64,000 nucleotides of DNA from Octopus vulgaris (GCA_951406725.2 OX597842.1:7750001-7814000), one strand, 5' to 3'. Shown: positions 23,875 through 38,857, numbered from the stretch's first letter. Notes: a model not told the origin generated them from the letters alone. Translations and numbers: made by a program.

Positions 23875-24682
23875 CTTCTTTCAGTTTCTGTCTACCAAAT
23901 CGACTCACAAGGCTTTGGTTGGCTTGAGGCCATAACAGAAGCCCAAGGTGCCACGCAGTGGGACTGAATCCAGAACCATGTGGTTGGTAAGCAAGCTACT
24001 TACCACACAGCCACTCCTGCACCTATATATTATCTATATAATATATATTATATTTTATCTCTTATTTGTTTTAATCATTGGACTGCAGCCATACTGGGGG
24101 CATGCTTTGAAGGGTTTAGGTCTAATGAATTGAACCCAGTATTTACTTTATTTGAAGCATGGTACTGATTCTGTTGGTTTAAGTTAAGCAGACATAAACA
24201 AACCAGCCCTGGTGGTCAGCTAGTGGTGGTAGGCAAAAGCAAACACAAAGACACACATGCACATGCGTGCATATGACAGGCTTCTTTGAGTTTCCTTCTT
24301 ATTTCTTTATTGCCCACAAGGGGCTAAACATAGAGGGGACAAACAAGGACAGACAAAGGCATTAAGTCGATTACATCGACCCCAGTGCGTAACTGGTACT
24401 TAATTTATCGACCCCGAAAGGATGAAAGGCAAAGTCGACCTCGGTGGAATTTGAACTCAGAACATAGCGGCAGATGAAATACCGCTAAGCACTTCGCCCG
24501 GTGTGCTAACGTTTCTGCCAGCTCACCGCGTTTGAGTTTCCTTTGGCCAAACCCACTCATAAGGATTTGGTCGGCCTGAGGTTATAGTAGAAGATACTTG
24601 AGAAGGTGCCATGCAGTGGAATTGAACCCAGAACCATGTGGTTGCAAAGCAAACTTCTTACCACACAGCCATACCTGCACTT
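23605..24682 (-). mobile_element. Two adjacent family A SINEs (23605-24024; 24055-24682 with nested family B copy 24297-24530)
   Basis: Reverse matches to the reference copy. The nested copy is flanked by a tttgagtttcctt duplication. Confidence 0.8.
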
Positions 24683-25700
24683 AGAGATGTGTATTATTTT
24701 CTTTAAGGATTACATCTGGGAAAAAGGGATAGTGCTCATAGCCTTCAGATGAGTCCAGTTGCACATATATATATATGTGTGTGTGTGTGTGCAACTTTGT
24801 AACTCCTATTAGCAAACAAAACATGTGTAATGGTGAATAATAATACTAAAGCATTTTTCAATCACTTGGTTGATATGTATCATCATCATCATCATCTTCG
24901 TTTACCGTCCGCTTTCCATGCTAGCATGGGTTGGACGCTTCGACCGGGGTCTGGAAAGCCAGAAGGCTGCACCAGGCTCCAGTCTGATCTGGCAGTGTTT
25001 CTACAGCTGGATGCCCTTCCTAACGCCAACCACTCCGTTAGTGTAGTGGGTGCTTTTTACATGTCACCGGCACAGAGGCCAGAGGAGGCTGGCAAACAGC
25101 CACGATCGGATGGTGCTTTTTACGTGCCACCATCCGAATGTATGTGTATATATATATATATATTATTATTATGTGTATATAAATTTGCGTGTGGGAATAT
25201 ATATATGTCTGTATGTATATACATATATATATATATGTGTGTGTGTGTGTGTATATATATATACATATATATACACATATATATATATAGTTTATAGATC
25301 CAATAGAGGTTGAATTAACAAACGAATACTCCATCAAGTGAGGGATGAATATCAATTTAATGTACAACCAAAAGAGCAACCAATAGTTTCATGCTTTTAT
25401 GATGCTTTAGCTAGGCATATTTATAAAATTCACCATGTATCTCAAAGCAATTTTTTCAGGCTCTGTGTATGTGTTATATATATCTCCAAAAGAAATTAGG
25501 ACACTGGTCAGTGAGAAAGTAATAAAAATATGTGGGGGGGGGGGAAGAAAAACGTGACAAAGGTTGATAGGTTAATGCATATAATGGAACAAGAAAGAAA
25601 ATTATGATTCCCATCCTCCATGTATATACACACAACACTCACACACACACATATATATATGTATAATATATATATATATATATATATATATGTATAAGTA

Positions 25701-25740
<40 letters not shown>

Positions 25741-25944
25741 AACATATATACATATATGTATATATGTATGTGTGTATATATATATATATACACACAAACA
25801 TATTTACATATATGTATATATGTATGTATATATATATGCCAGATCTGACTGGCCTGGTGCAGCCTTCGGGCTCCCCAGACCCCAGTTGAACCGTCCAACC
25901 CATGCTAGCATGGAAAACGGATGCTAAATGATGATGAATGATGA

Positions 25945-25992
<48 letters not shown>

Positions 25993-26201
25993 AATATATA
26001 TATATATTTTCTGTGTATCTTTCTGTTGAAGAGCATAGGCTCAAAACATAAAAGACTTGTTTTATTTCTATTCCTGAGCGCCATACTAATACATTATTAG
26101 TTTGTATCCCACCTGCCTTCGTCTTTTGTTTATTTTCGTAAACCTTCCCGTTATATATATATATATATATACACATACACAAGTATATAGTATATATACC
26201 T

Positions 26202-26254
<53 letters not shown>

Positions 26255-26385
26255 TATATATATATATTTAAAAGTCTTTGTGAAAATTACTTGATAAACT
26301 ATTACTAAATGTTTTTAAAAAGTTATAAAATCTTTATCATGCATACATATATATATATATATACATATATGTGTATGATTGTGGT

Positions 26386-26416
<31 letters not shown>

Positions 26417-26897
26417 ATGTATGTATATGTGTGTGTATGCATACATACACATCTACATACACAGATATAATATACATTTAAAAGTTGAAAAAATACTTGA
26501 TACTGTGACAAAATTTAAAGAAAGACTTCCTTAAAAGTTATCAACTATTTAAAAAAAAGTATTTCAAAAACCAAAACGACACGAATCTTTTAGAAAGAAT
26601 CTTTTGAATTCTGTGCAAGTGCTTTTGTTGTTATCACTTACACAGGAATATAGAAACTAGTTTCCAAAACTTTCGTGACATTCTGTTTTTCAAAAATACT
26701 GTTTTTGAATAGTAAATAACTTTTAAGAAAATTTTTCTTTAAACATATATGTATATATGTATGTATATATGGAAGGATGGATGGGTAGTTGGATTCATAG
26801 ATAGATAGATAGGGAAAGAGACCAATATTAATAGATAGGTAGACCTGTCTTTTGCAGGAAATAGTGTGTTGATCTAGATGGAAAGCTATGTATGTAT

Positions 26898-27115
26898 ACT
26901 CTTTACTCATTTACTCTTTTACTTGTTTCAGTTATTTGACTGTGACCATGCTGCAGTACTGCCTTTAGTGAAGCAAATCGACCCTGGGACTTATTCTTTG
27001 TAAGCCTAATACATATTCTATCTGAGCTCTTTTGCCAAACTGCTAAGTTACGGGGACGTAAACACACCAGAATTGGTTGTCAAGCAATGTTGGGGGAACA
27101 AACACAGGCACACAA

Positions 27116-27184
<69 letters not shown>

Positions 27185-27356
27185 TACTTACATACATACA
27201 GCGGGCTTCTTTCAGTTTCCGCCTACCAAATCCACTCACAGGGCTTTGGACGGCCCGAGGCTATAGTAGAAGACACTTGCCCAAGGTTCCACGCAGTGGG
27301 ACTGAACCCAGAACCATGTGGTTGGTAGGCAAGCTACTTACCACACAGCCACTTCT
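26898..27356 (-). mobile_element. SINE family A
   Basis: Reverse match with internal (CA)n(TA)n. Confidence 0.82.
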
Positions 27357-27436
27357 ATGTATATATAACTTTTTTTTTCGTAATGAGATAAAAAAACCCA
27401 TGGCTGTGTATATTTTAGAACGTTTATAAATAGAAG

Positions 27437-27488
27437 GTCTTACAGCTGTTTCAAGGATATTTATTAATTATATCTCTTCATCAGAGAC
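27437..27488 (-). ncRNA. Type I minimal hammerhead motif
   Basis: Minus strand: gtct CTGATGA agagatat-aattaataa-atatcctt GAAA cagctg TA agac, with palindromic stem III ACAGCTGT. Confidence 0.72.
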
Positions 27489-27721
27489 GGCGTGAGAAGA
27501 TGGTTAAGCAATAGTTTTATATAGATAAGATATGAAATAGAGAGTGAGGTGGAGGAATGAAAATAGATGTGAGATGTGTAGGGATATTGTAATTGTAGAA
27601 CCTTTATTTAGACAGAATGGTATACATATAAGATTCCAATACCATATGAGTAAAATCCAATAGTATCTAAAATTGGTCATTCCAAGTATAGAGTTTCTAC
27701 ACAGTGTTCCTGAATCAAGGG

Positions 27722-27765
<44 letters not shown>

Positions 27766-27898
27766 GTTTATATCATATATATATATATATGTAATATATG
27801 TGTATATTATACATATAATACAGGCATAAACATACAAACACACATACATACACATATATGTATATGCATGTGTGTATATACACACACACATATACATG

Positions 27899-27935
<37 letters not shown>

Positions 27936-28659
27936 GTGAGTGTGACTATATATATATATATAAATATATATATATCTATGTACACATACACACATATATA
28001 TATATATACATATATATATGTAATACATATATAATACATATGATATACATATATATATACACACACACACACACACGCACACACACACATATATATACAT
28101 ACATACATATACATGTATGTAATACATATGCAATGTACCACACAATACATATACACATATATAAATTTACTCTACACACACACAGACTCACATACGTATA
28201 CACACACTTATATACAATGTATACATACATATCTGTGCAGTGGTCCTTCACACCCACTTAAAAATCCATAGTACACAACCATGTATATATATATACATAT
28301 ATATAGTATACCACCATTGCAGTATCCCACAGTGAGGAGTGGATACACCACTCTATGCTGTATTACTAGATATCACACATACATCATTATCATATAATGA
28401 TTGTGCCATCATGAGATATTGGAAATATCACATGATAGCTAGGCTGTATACATTATTGACCCGGTGGTTCTATTGCGCGCGTGATATGTGTGTATGAACA
28501 CACAAATAAGTATGTATACATATATGTATATATATATATATATATACATACACACACTCATGTCTACTGAGTTGCAATGACTCATTCATATGTATACAGA
28601 CATACAACCACTCATACACACAATTATGTGTTTGTATATATATACATATATATATATAA

Positions 28660-28764
<105 letters not shown>

Positions 28765-28782
28765 AACATATAGATACACACA

Positions 28783-28838
<56 letters not shown>

Positions 28839-28869
28839 AACATATAGATACACACACACACACATATAT

Positions 28870-29256
28870 ACTCTTTACTCTTTTACTTGTTTCAGTCATT
28901 TGACTGTCGCCATGCTGGAGCACCACCTTTAGTCGAGCAAATTGACCCAAAGACTTATTCTTTGTAAGCCTAGTACTTATTCTATCAGTCTCTTTTGCTG
29001 AATTGCTAAGTTACGGGGATATAAACACACCAGCATCAGTTGTCAAGCAATGCTGGGGGGACAAACATATACACACACATACACACATATATATACAATG
29101 GGCTTCTTTCAGTTTCCGTCTACCTATTCATCTCACAAGAGTTTGGTTGGCCTGAGGCTATAGAAGAAGACACTTGCCCAAGTTGCCACACAGTGGGAAT
29201 GAACCCGGAACCCAATGGTTGGTAAGCAAGCTACTTACCCCCCAGCCACTCCCGCG
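28870..29256 (-). mobile_element. SINE family A
   Basis: Reverse match to the reference copy. Confidence 0.8.
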
Positions 29257-29642
29257 TGTATATATATATATATAAACATACATATAAACATCCGAATGTG
29301 ATCAATGCTAGGACTGCCTGACTGGCACTCCTCTGTCAGTGGCATGTAAAAAGCACCATCTGAATGTGGCTGATGCCAGTACCCAATGCCTGGGTCCCAT
29401 GCTGGTGGTATGTAAAAAGCACTATCCAAAGGTGATCAATGCCAGGCTCTCCTGCCTGGTTCCTGTGGCAGTGACACAGAAAAGGCCCTCACTACACTCA
29501 CAGAGTGGTTGGCATTCAGCTGTAGAAACCATACCAAATCAGATTGGAGCCTGGTGCAGCGATCTGGCTCTCCAGACCTCAGCCAAACCATCCAACCCAT
29601 GTCAGCATGGAAAACAGACGTTAAACGATGATGATGATGAAG

Positions 29643-29975
<333 letters not shown>

Positions 29976-30368
29976 TATATATGTATATAAATTTATATAA
30001 GTAAGGATAAGATCATTATTTAAAAACTGATCTTATCAGGTGGCCAGCATCGGAATAAAAAGTTTTGGCTGCTATTTCTTGTGTGGTAGTATCTCTTAGA
30101 TACCCTAAATTATAATTTATATATGTATATATATATGTATATATGTATATATGCACGAAATTCCCAACCCTTGCGTCATTCTGTTGCTTCTCATCATCAT
30201 CATCAACATTTAATGTCCGTTTTCCATGGTACCATGGGCTGGACCATTTGACAAGAGCTTGCAAGGTCAGGAGCCTCCCCAGGTTCCCTAGTCTGTTTTG
30301 GCTTAGCTTCTTCAAGTTGATGCCCTTCTTAATGTCAACACGTAGAAAAACAGAAACATTGATAAATA

Positions 30369-30921
30369 TTGGGTTGTCCGGAAAGTTCATGCCGATTTTT
30401 AGAGGAAAGAAAATGGTCAATAAATACTTGCCATTACATTCTTAATCAACCAAATATGAACCATTTTGTTGCACAATGCGTCTCCATCTTTCCTTTAACT
30501 TTCCCAGAATTGAGGTGGTTTCATGGCAAAAAATTCATCAAGGTATCTTTTTACATCATCCAAGGAATTGAAATTTTTACCATTAAGACTATTCTGCAGA
30601 AACCTGAATAAGTGGAAGTCCAAAGGAGCAATATCTGGTGAATATGGAGGGTGGGGTAACACATCCCAGCCTAGCTGCAGCAATTTTTGTCAAGTTCTCA
30701 AAGCATCAAGTGCCGAAAATGAACTTTCTTATCTTCCATTTTAAAGGGTTACAGAATTAACACAGGTTATAGGAACATAAACCTTCTTCCACGAAAAGAT
30801 AGCTTTAACTGTGCTCTAAATAGAGGTGTAGTCAAATCCTATTTTATGGACTCAACCATGTTCTAAAATAAGTCGAAAGGTAAGCTACTATAAATCGGCA
30901 CGAACTTTCCAGACAACCCAA
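30369..30921 (-). mobile_element. Non-autonomous mariner deletion derivative, copy 3
   Basis: Same TIRs and TA; ORF 30495..30683 contains HPPYSPDIAPLDFHLF. Confidence 0.93.
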
Positions 30922-31026
30922 TAGTTGGAACGATAGACAGATGTTCTCTATGATGAACATATAATGCTTCATACGCATATGCATCTGCATGCATATTGCA
31001 ATTAACTATATTTAAATATACATTTG

Positions 31027-31050
31027 CACACACTCATACACACACACACA

Positions 31051-31115
<65 letters not shown>

Positions 31116-31597
31116 ACACACTCATACACACACTCATACACACACACACACACACACACTCATACACACACACATGCACACACACACACACACACACACA
31201 CGTACACACTCATACACACACACACATACACACACACATACACACACACACATACACACATACACACACACACACACGTACACACTCATACACACACTCA
31301 TACACACACACACACACATACATGCATGCATAAAATAAAGATCCTTCTCGAATCATATAAACTCATAGGGCCAATTTCCATGGTATGTGTATTCCCCACC
31401 TGGACAGGACGCCAGTCCATTGCAGGATTATTCAGCTTTGCCAGTTGAATGGACTGGAGCATTGTGAAATGAAGGGTCTCGCTCAAGAACACAATTCGTC
31501 ACCTGGTCCAGGAATCAAAACCACAATCTTATAATCATGAGGCCAACACCCTAAAATCTAAGCCATGGGCCTTCACTAAATGCATGTACACACACAG

Positions 31598-31629
<32 letters not shown>

Positions 31630-31755
31630 ACACACACATGCGCACACACATACACACACACACACATGCGTACACACATGCACACACACATACACACACA
31701 CACACACACATGCGCACACACACACACACACATGCGCACAGACACACACACACAG
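31027..31755. repeat. Interrupted (CA)n tracts flanking an old SINE
   Basis: Directly visible. Confidence 0.9.
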
Positions 31756-32266
31756 TTGTCCAATAACTTTTTACATATTTTAGGCACAGGAGTGGCTGTG
31801 TGGTAAGAGGTTTGCTTCTCAACCACATGGTTCCGGGTTCAGTCCCACTGTGTAGCACTTTGAGCAAGAGTCTTCTACAATGGCCTCGGGCTGACCAAAG
31901 CCTTGTGAGGGGATTTGACAGATGGAAACTAAGAGAAGTCTATCGTATATGTATATGTCTGTGTGTGTCTTTGTGTCCCACCACCACTTGACAACCGGTG
32001 TTGGTGTGTTTGCATCCCCATAACCTAGCGGTTCAGTAAGAGAGACCAATAGAATAAGTAGCAGGAAATAAAGTAGGTATATCACACTTTATAACATAAT
32101 GTTTGTCCTCAGGGTAGCAAATGTTGTTCCCTATTTGCTTACCCCTAGAAAGTATGAAACTTTGCTTTTGTAGCATTTATTCAAATCCCAAAGAATCCCT
32201 GATGCTCCCCTAAAAATGGGTGAAAACCACTGCATTAGACAAAATAGTTCCAGATGTACTATGAAT

Positions 32267-32674
32267 GGCGGTGAGTTGGCAGAATCGTTAGCAAGCAGGG
32301 CGAAATGCTTAGCTGTATTTCGTCTGCCGTTACGTTCTTTCATCCTTTCAGGATCGATAAATTAGGTACCTATTTCTTTACTACCCACAAGGGGCTAAAC
32401 ACAGAAGGGACAAACAAGGACCCCAGTGTGTAACTGGTCCTTATTTAATCGACCCCGAAAGGATGAAAGGCAAAGTCGACCTCGGCTGAACTCAGAACGT
32501 AACGGCAGACAAAATACCGCTAAGTATTTCACCCGGCTTGCTAATGTTTCTGCCAGCTCGCCTCGATAAATTAAGTACCAGTTATGCACTGGGGTAGATA
32601 TAATCGACTTAATCCATTTGTCTGTCCTTGTTTGTCCCCTCTGTGTGTAGCCCCTTGTGGGTAGTAAAGAAATG
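32267..32674 (+). mobile_element. SINE family B containing an antisense family B copy (32371-32562)
   Basis: Outer TSD agatgtactatgaat; inner TSD tcgataaatta(g/a)gtacc. Confidence 0.85.
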
Positions 32675-33257
32675 AGATGTACTATGAATGAATAAAAGAT
32701 AGGATGGTCATGTTCAGAACATTTTTGATCATAGGTTTGTTGGATCAGGATGGATCTGGGCCCAAACAACGACAATTATAGCTACAAATACTAACTGCTA
32801 TACTATACATTAGACAACTGGTTCTCAAGCAGGGTTCTTATGACCTTTGGGGGTCCCATATAAAATTTTGTTGCTGAAATTTTTCTGCAATAAATTGGTT
32901 ATACTTCTGCAATACACAAAATATTTTAATAATTTCTTAATTACAATTCCTAATAATATTTAATTATCTTCAATCTTTTATTTACAGGGTGCATCAGCTA
33001 TTTGAGAATTTTGTAAGGGCCACAAGTCGCTCAAACTTTAGCTAGGTATCTTCTCTTTTCTCAGTCCCAACATGGAAGCTTTGAATCTAATGCAGACAAT
33101 GAAAAGCCAGGCCATTCTCATTGCTTTAGCCACTGACCACAGTGATTTTGAGATCAGAAAACAGCTCCCGGGCTCTGGCAAGAATATGACTTCTGTGGTC
33201 AAAAGCAAAAGAACATATGAAGGTTAGAAAAGTCGATTTTACCCAGAAAGTCCTAGG

Positions 33258-33895
33258 CATTGGAGTGGCTGTGTGGTAAGTAGCTTGCTTACGAACCACA
33301 TGGTTCCAGGTTCAGTCCCACTGTGTGGCACCTTGTGTTGTGAGTGGATTTGGTAGATGGAAACTGAAAGAAGCCCATCGCATATATGTATGTATATATA
33401 TATATGTGTATATATATATATATATATACATATATAACCTCTGGCCGAAATCAGATCGCCATGTTGATTCGTTAGCTACTGCACGCATTTTTTTTCTTTC
33501 CTTCTTTCTGTGTTTTTCTCTCTCTGTGTATCTTTCTGTTGAAGAGCGTAGGCTCGAAACGTTAAAGACTTGTTTTATTTATATTTCCTGAGCGCCATAC
33601 TAATACAATTGTTCGTTTGTTTTCCACCTGCCTTCGTCTTTTGTTTATTTTCATAAAGCTTCCCGTTATATATGTATGTATGTGTCTGTGTTTGTCCCAC
33701 CAAAATCGCTTGACAACTGATGCTGGTGTGTTTATGTCCCTGTAACTTAGCGGTTCGGCAAAAGAGACCAATAGAATAAGTACAAGGCTTACAAAGAATA
33801 AGTCCTGGGATCGATTTGCTCAACTAAATGCAGTGCTCTAGCATGGCCACAATCAAATGACTGAAACAAGTAAAAGAATAAAGAGTAAAGAGTGT
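33258..33895 (+). mobile_element. SINE family A with a hammerhead-like module (33437-33667) in its internal microsatellite
   Basis: Head at 33258-33380, tail at 33680-33895. Confidence 0.8.
33531..33568 (+). ncRNA. Hammerhead-like variant motif (CTGTTGA + extra A)
   Basis: tcttt CTGTTGA a gagc-gtag-gctc GAAA cgt t aaaga. A more degenerate copy is at ~26019-26056. Confidence 0.5.
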
Positions 33896-34376
33896 TATCA
33901 ATGAGAATCCTAGCAAGTCAGTGAGAGGCATTGGCAAACATCTCCATTTGTTGGAGATGTCTTCTTCTTTACCCTTTTCAAGCCAAGCCAGGCTTATGGG
34001 CCCACTTTCTCGGTTTCTGTGGCATATATATTCCCCCCAGCTGGACAGGACGCCAGTCCATTGCAGCATTACTCAAGAAACAGGGAGAGAGAGTGAGAGA
34101 AAATTGCAGCAAAAGAGTACAACAGGGGGTCACCACCACTCCCTGCTGGAGCCTCATTGAGATTTAGGTGTTTTCGCTCAATAAACACACACAATGCCTG
34201 GTTCAAGAATTGAAACCGCGATCTTCCGACCACGAGTCCGCTGCCAAACCACTGGGCCATTGTGCCACCTGTCAGGAATGTACAAATCCTATTTTATGAG
34301 AAGATGGTAGCGCATGCTTGATATGAAACTTGGACTCTATTGGCTATGATGACAAGGGTTCCAGAATAGCCTGCTT

Positions 34377-34605
34377 GGCGAGCTGGCAGAAACGTTAGCC
34401 CGCCGGGCGAAATGCGTAGCGGTATTTCGTCTGCCATTACGTTCTGAGTTCAAATTCTGCCGAGGTCGACTTTGACTTTCATCTTTTCGGGGTCGATAAA
34501 TTAAGTACCAGTTATGCACTGGGGTCGATGTAATCGACTTAATCCCTTTGGCTGTCCTTGTTTGTCCCTTCTATGTTTAGCCCCTTGTGGGCAATAAAGG
34601 AATAA
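34377..34605 (+). mobile_element. SINE family B
   Basis: Same core; TSD agaatagcctgctt. Confidence 0.85.
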
Positions 34606-34967
34606 GAATAGCCTGCTTGTGAAAATAATGTGCAGGGGAGCACTTCACAAACACATGTACCCTTAATGTAGTTCACAGGGAGATTCAGCATGATGAAAAA
34701 TGTGACAAGCCTGGCCCTTTGAAATACAGACACAGCTCCCTTATGCGGCTGATTGGAATGGAGCAACGGGAAATAACTGGCAGTCCGTTGATTATGATGA
34801 TGAGAGTTCCACCTGATGCAATCAATGAGACAGCCTGCTCGTAAAATTAATGTGCAAGTGGCTGAGTATTCCACAGACATGTGTACCCTTAATGTAGATC
34901 TCAGGGAGATTCAGCGTGACACTGAATGAGACAAAGCTGGCTTCTTTGAACTACAGGTACAACTCAT

Positions 34968-35320
34968 ACGGTTCTATATGCCCACAGGCATATGGCATAG
35001 TGGTTAAGAGTGCAGACTACTAGCCCCAAGATTCTGAGTTCAATTCCAAGCAGTGACCTGAATAATAATAATCATAATAATGATAATAATAGTGGCACGT
35101 AAAAAGCACCATCCGATTGTGGCCGTTTGCCAGCTCCGTCTGGCACCTGTGCCAGTGGCACGTAAAAAGCACCCACTACACTCATGGAGTGGTTGACGTT
35201 AGGAAGGGCATCCAACCATAGAAACATTGCCAGATCAGACTGGGCCTGGTGCAGCCTTCTGGCTTCCCAGACCCCAGTTACACCGTACAACCCATGCCAG
35301 CATGGAAAGCGGACGCTAAA

Positions 35321-35356
<36 letters not shown>

Positions 35357-35909
35357 CCCTGATGCAGTATCAGACAGTGGCTCTCATGGCTTCTGATCTT
35401 AACTGACTGGAAGTGTTATCATGTACATTGTTTTGTCTTGGTATAAAAGATGGGTTACCACAAATATTCTGCTCAATACCACAGATTTGCTTGTCAGTTG
35501 TTTGACCTTAACCAGTTGAGCATGTCCCTTAGTGGCTGACGATGTGTGCATCTCTGATCACGAGCAGAAGTAGTGGGGGAACATCATAGCCATGTGTTGA
35601 AAGGAATTCTTTGGGGTTTGAATAATTCACCTCTGGCAACATAGGTGTTTTGTTCAACAACCTTAAACAACCCTTATTCAGGGACCTTTTGAGCGGGATG
35701 GGTTACTCGACCAGAAGAAAATTCTAACTGGGCCCCACCTGCAAGGTTATGTGCTGTTTATCTTGATATGAGATCACCACATGACGCACATATGGTTGTG
35801 ATGCATGTGCCTGGTGTACCCTTATCGGACGGGTAGTCATGATGGGTATACTGGGCTTCGTATATTCTACCCCAGTGTCACTTTGATGACATGCACTACT
35901 CTCTCACTC

Positions 35910-35964
<55 letters not shown>

Positions 35965-36111
35965 TCAAAAAATACCTTAGGAATGAGAACCCAGGTTCGA
36001 AATTTCATCAAGGCACCTGATGAAGGCTGGAGAGTGTATCAGCCGAAATGTTATGTTAACAACAAACAAGATGGGAACAAATATCCGTCAAAAGTAAATA
36101 ATGTAAATAAT
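34968..36111 (+). mobile_element. tRNA-headed SINE with (AAT)n linker and hammerhead-like 3' part, carrying two nested repeats
   Basis: Head tggcatagtggttaagagtgcag...gagttcaattcc; tail gtaaataatgtaaataatg; 11-bp TSD gt(a/t)caactcat at 34957-34967 and 36112-36122. Confidence 0.6.
36013..36056 (+). ncRNA. Hammerhead-like motif within a tRNA-headed SINE
   Basis: gcac CTGATGA a ggctg-gagagtgtat-cagcc GAAA tgt t atgt. Stem II is perfect; stems I and III are slightly decayed. Confidence 0.5.
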
Positions 36112-36321
36112 GTTCAACTCATTTTTGCCAGCCGAGTGGAGTGGAGCAACGTGAAATAAAGTGCCTTGCTCAAGGGCACAATGTCCTGCCAGGAATCGAA
36201 CTCGTGACCTTACAATCATGAGTCAACTACTCTAACCACTAAGCCATGTGCTTTCACTTCATGTCCTGGGAAAAGACCTGGGAAAACTGTATGATCTGGC
36301 CAAAGTATTTGCTGAACAAGT

Positions 36322-36580
36322 GGAGGTGCATGGCTTAGTGGTTAGGGTGTTCGACTCATGATTGTAAGATTGTGGTTTCAATTCCTGGACTGGGTGACAC
36401 ATTGTGTTCTTGAGCAAAACACTTCACTTTATGTTTCTCCTATCCACTCAGCTGGCAAAAAGGAGCAACTCTGCGATGGACTGGCGTCCTGTCCAGGTGG
36501 GGAATTTATATGTCATGAAAACCAGGAAACTGGCCCTTATTAGTCAGCATGACTTGAAAAGGTAACTTTACCTTTACCTT
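36322..36580 (+). mobile_element. Older tRNA-headed SINE (CORE/V-domain-like); copies also 1078-1310, 31340-31580, 43256-43500
   Basis: gcatggcttagtggttagggtg head; ttgtgttcttgagcaaaacacttc and gcgatggactggcgtcctgtccagg blocks. The domain names are from recollection and were not searched. Confidence 0.65.
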
Positions 36581-37202
36581 TGCCTTGCTGAACAAACACT
36601 GAGAAGCTCACTGTACTGTGGCTCTTAGATGAGAAGAACTTTGTCCAGGATCAAAAGGTGAACTGGAGGAGTGACATGGCTCTGTGCCAGCCCCACTGAA
36701 GTCCCCACTGTTATACACACTAAGTTCCCATCATCTGTGATAGACTTGTAAGGTTGTGAGCAATGATGGTCATGTTATGACTCTTCACTTTTACCCACAA
36801 GATTTTGGGGGTAAGACAATGAAGATGGAGTCAAGCCTGGGATTGAGAGAGTTGCTTAGGGAAGGTCATATGTGTTACAGCAGGACCCTTCCCCCCACCT
36901 CACACAGTAAGGCTCTCCCCCCACAGCCTGCATGACCCAGGAGTGGATGACTGAAAATATTCATGGTTTCTCAAAGTGGATGGAACACTTGGAAGCAGGA
37001 GAGCCAGGAATTTATTCTATTAATCTCTTTTGCCAAACCGCTAAGTTGCAGGAATGTAAACAAACCAACACTGGTTATCAATCAGTGGTTGGGAACAAAT
37101 GCAGACACAAAGACACACATACACAACCACTTGACAACCGGTATTGGTGTGTTTATGTTCTTGTAACTTAGCTGTGTGGCAAAAAAGGGCAATAGAATAA
37201 AT

Positions 37203-37447
37203 CGTTGCTATTATGCAAAAGTGTTGTAAGTCCAAAATGTTGCTTTTTCGGAAAATAAAAAAATACTTTCACCAATCCTTAGCAAAACCGTGATACTACA
37301 CTTTGATAATTTGTGATATCTTGGCATCTGAATCAGCTGGAGATATGATAGTTTGACCAAAAGAACCGTATACTACAAGCAAAAATAATTATGGAAAAAA
37401 ATGCATTTGGCCAAATTTGGATATACAACAGTTTAACATAATAATAA

Positions 37448-37449
<2 letters not shown>
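37203..37449. mobile_element. Possible small TIR element
   Basis: Ends cgttgctattatg / cataataataacg (11 of 13 inverted match). It truncates a SINE on its left. Confidence 0.35.
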
Positions 37450-37493
<44 letters not shown>

Positions 37494-37587
37494 AGATTCA
37501 ATTGAATTAGGTACTTAAATTGAAGCACCAAGTCAGTCTGGTACTATCTGCACAGCTCGAAGTAAGGTGAATATTATCTATATATGC

Positions 37588-37632
<45 letters not shown>

Positions 37633-37796
37633 CATACACACACACACATATATATACTTTGATAGGTTTCGGCCATTATTGGCCCAGGCCATGTCTAACT
37701 TAATAGCACCACCTGGTATATATATATAATTCCTCTATTTACATAATATTGAGGTCTAATCCATCTTTTTATTGTCTTACCATTAGTATTAATATA

Positions 37797-37856
<60 letters not shown>

Positions 37857-38235
37857 TACATGTATATGTGTGTGTGTGTGTATATATATATATATACGAT
37901 GGGCTTCTTTCAGTTTGTGTCTCCCAAATCCACTCACCAGGCTTTTGTAGAAGATAATTGCACAAGGAGACATGCATGGGATTGAACCCAGAACCATGTA
38001 ATTGGGAAGCAAGCTTCGTACCACCCAGCCACATTTTTCACATTCTATCTTTATGTTCTAAAGTTCAAATGCTGCCGAGGTCGACTTTGCTTTTCATCCT
38101 TTCGGGGTCAATAAGACATAAGTGATTGTCAAACGCTAGGGAGCCGTTGTAATCAACTTAGCCCCTCCCCACAAAATTGCAGGTTTTGCACCAAAATTAG
38201 TTGCCAATATTTTTCACACACACACACACACAAAT

Positions 38236-38458
38236 ACTCTTACTCTTTTTACTCTTTTACTTGTTTCAGTCATTTGACTGCGGCCATGCTGGAGCACCGC
38301 CTTTAGTCAAGCAAATCGACCCCGGGACTTATTCTTTGTAAGCCCAGTACTTATTCTATCGGTCTCTTTTGCCGAACCGCTAAGTGACGGGGACGTAAAC
38401 ACACTGGCATCGGTTGTCAAGCAATTCTAGGGGGACAAACACAGACACACAAACATAT

Positions 38459-38516
<58 letters not shown>

Positions 38517-38680
38517 GACAGGCTTCTTTCAGTTTCCGTCTACCAAATCCACTCACAAGGCTTTGGTCGGCCTGAGGCTATAGCAGAAGACACTTGCCCA
38601 AGATGTCACGCAGTGGGACTGAACCCGGAGCCATGTGGTTGGTTAGCAAGCTACTTACCACACAGCCACTCCTGCGCCTA
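38236..38680 (-). mobile_element. SINE family A (young-looking, CpG-retaining)
   Basis: Reverse match; very similar to 39667-40050. Confidence 0.85.
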
Positions 38681-38857
38681 TACATACATACATATAGTTA
38701 TATATACAGTCGAATGCTACTCTAAGAGTCCTCTCTCTCTCTCTCTTTCTCTTTCTGTAGTTGTTTTAGATTGTCATTGCACTTCCTGTGCGCAGCTGCA
38801 ACACACCAAATGCAACAAACCGCAGCATCTGAGTGCAGTAGTAGCAGCAGTAGAAAA

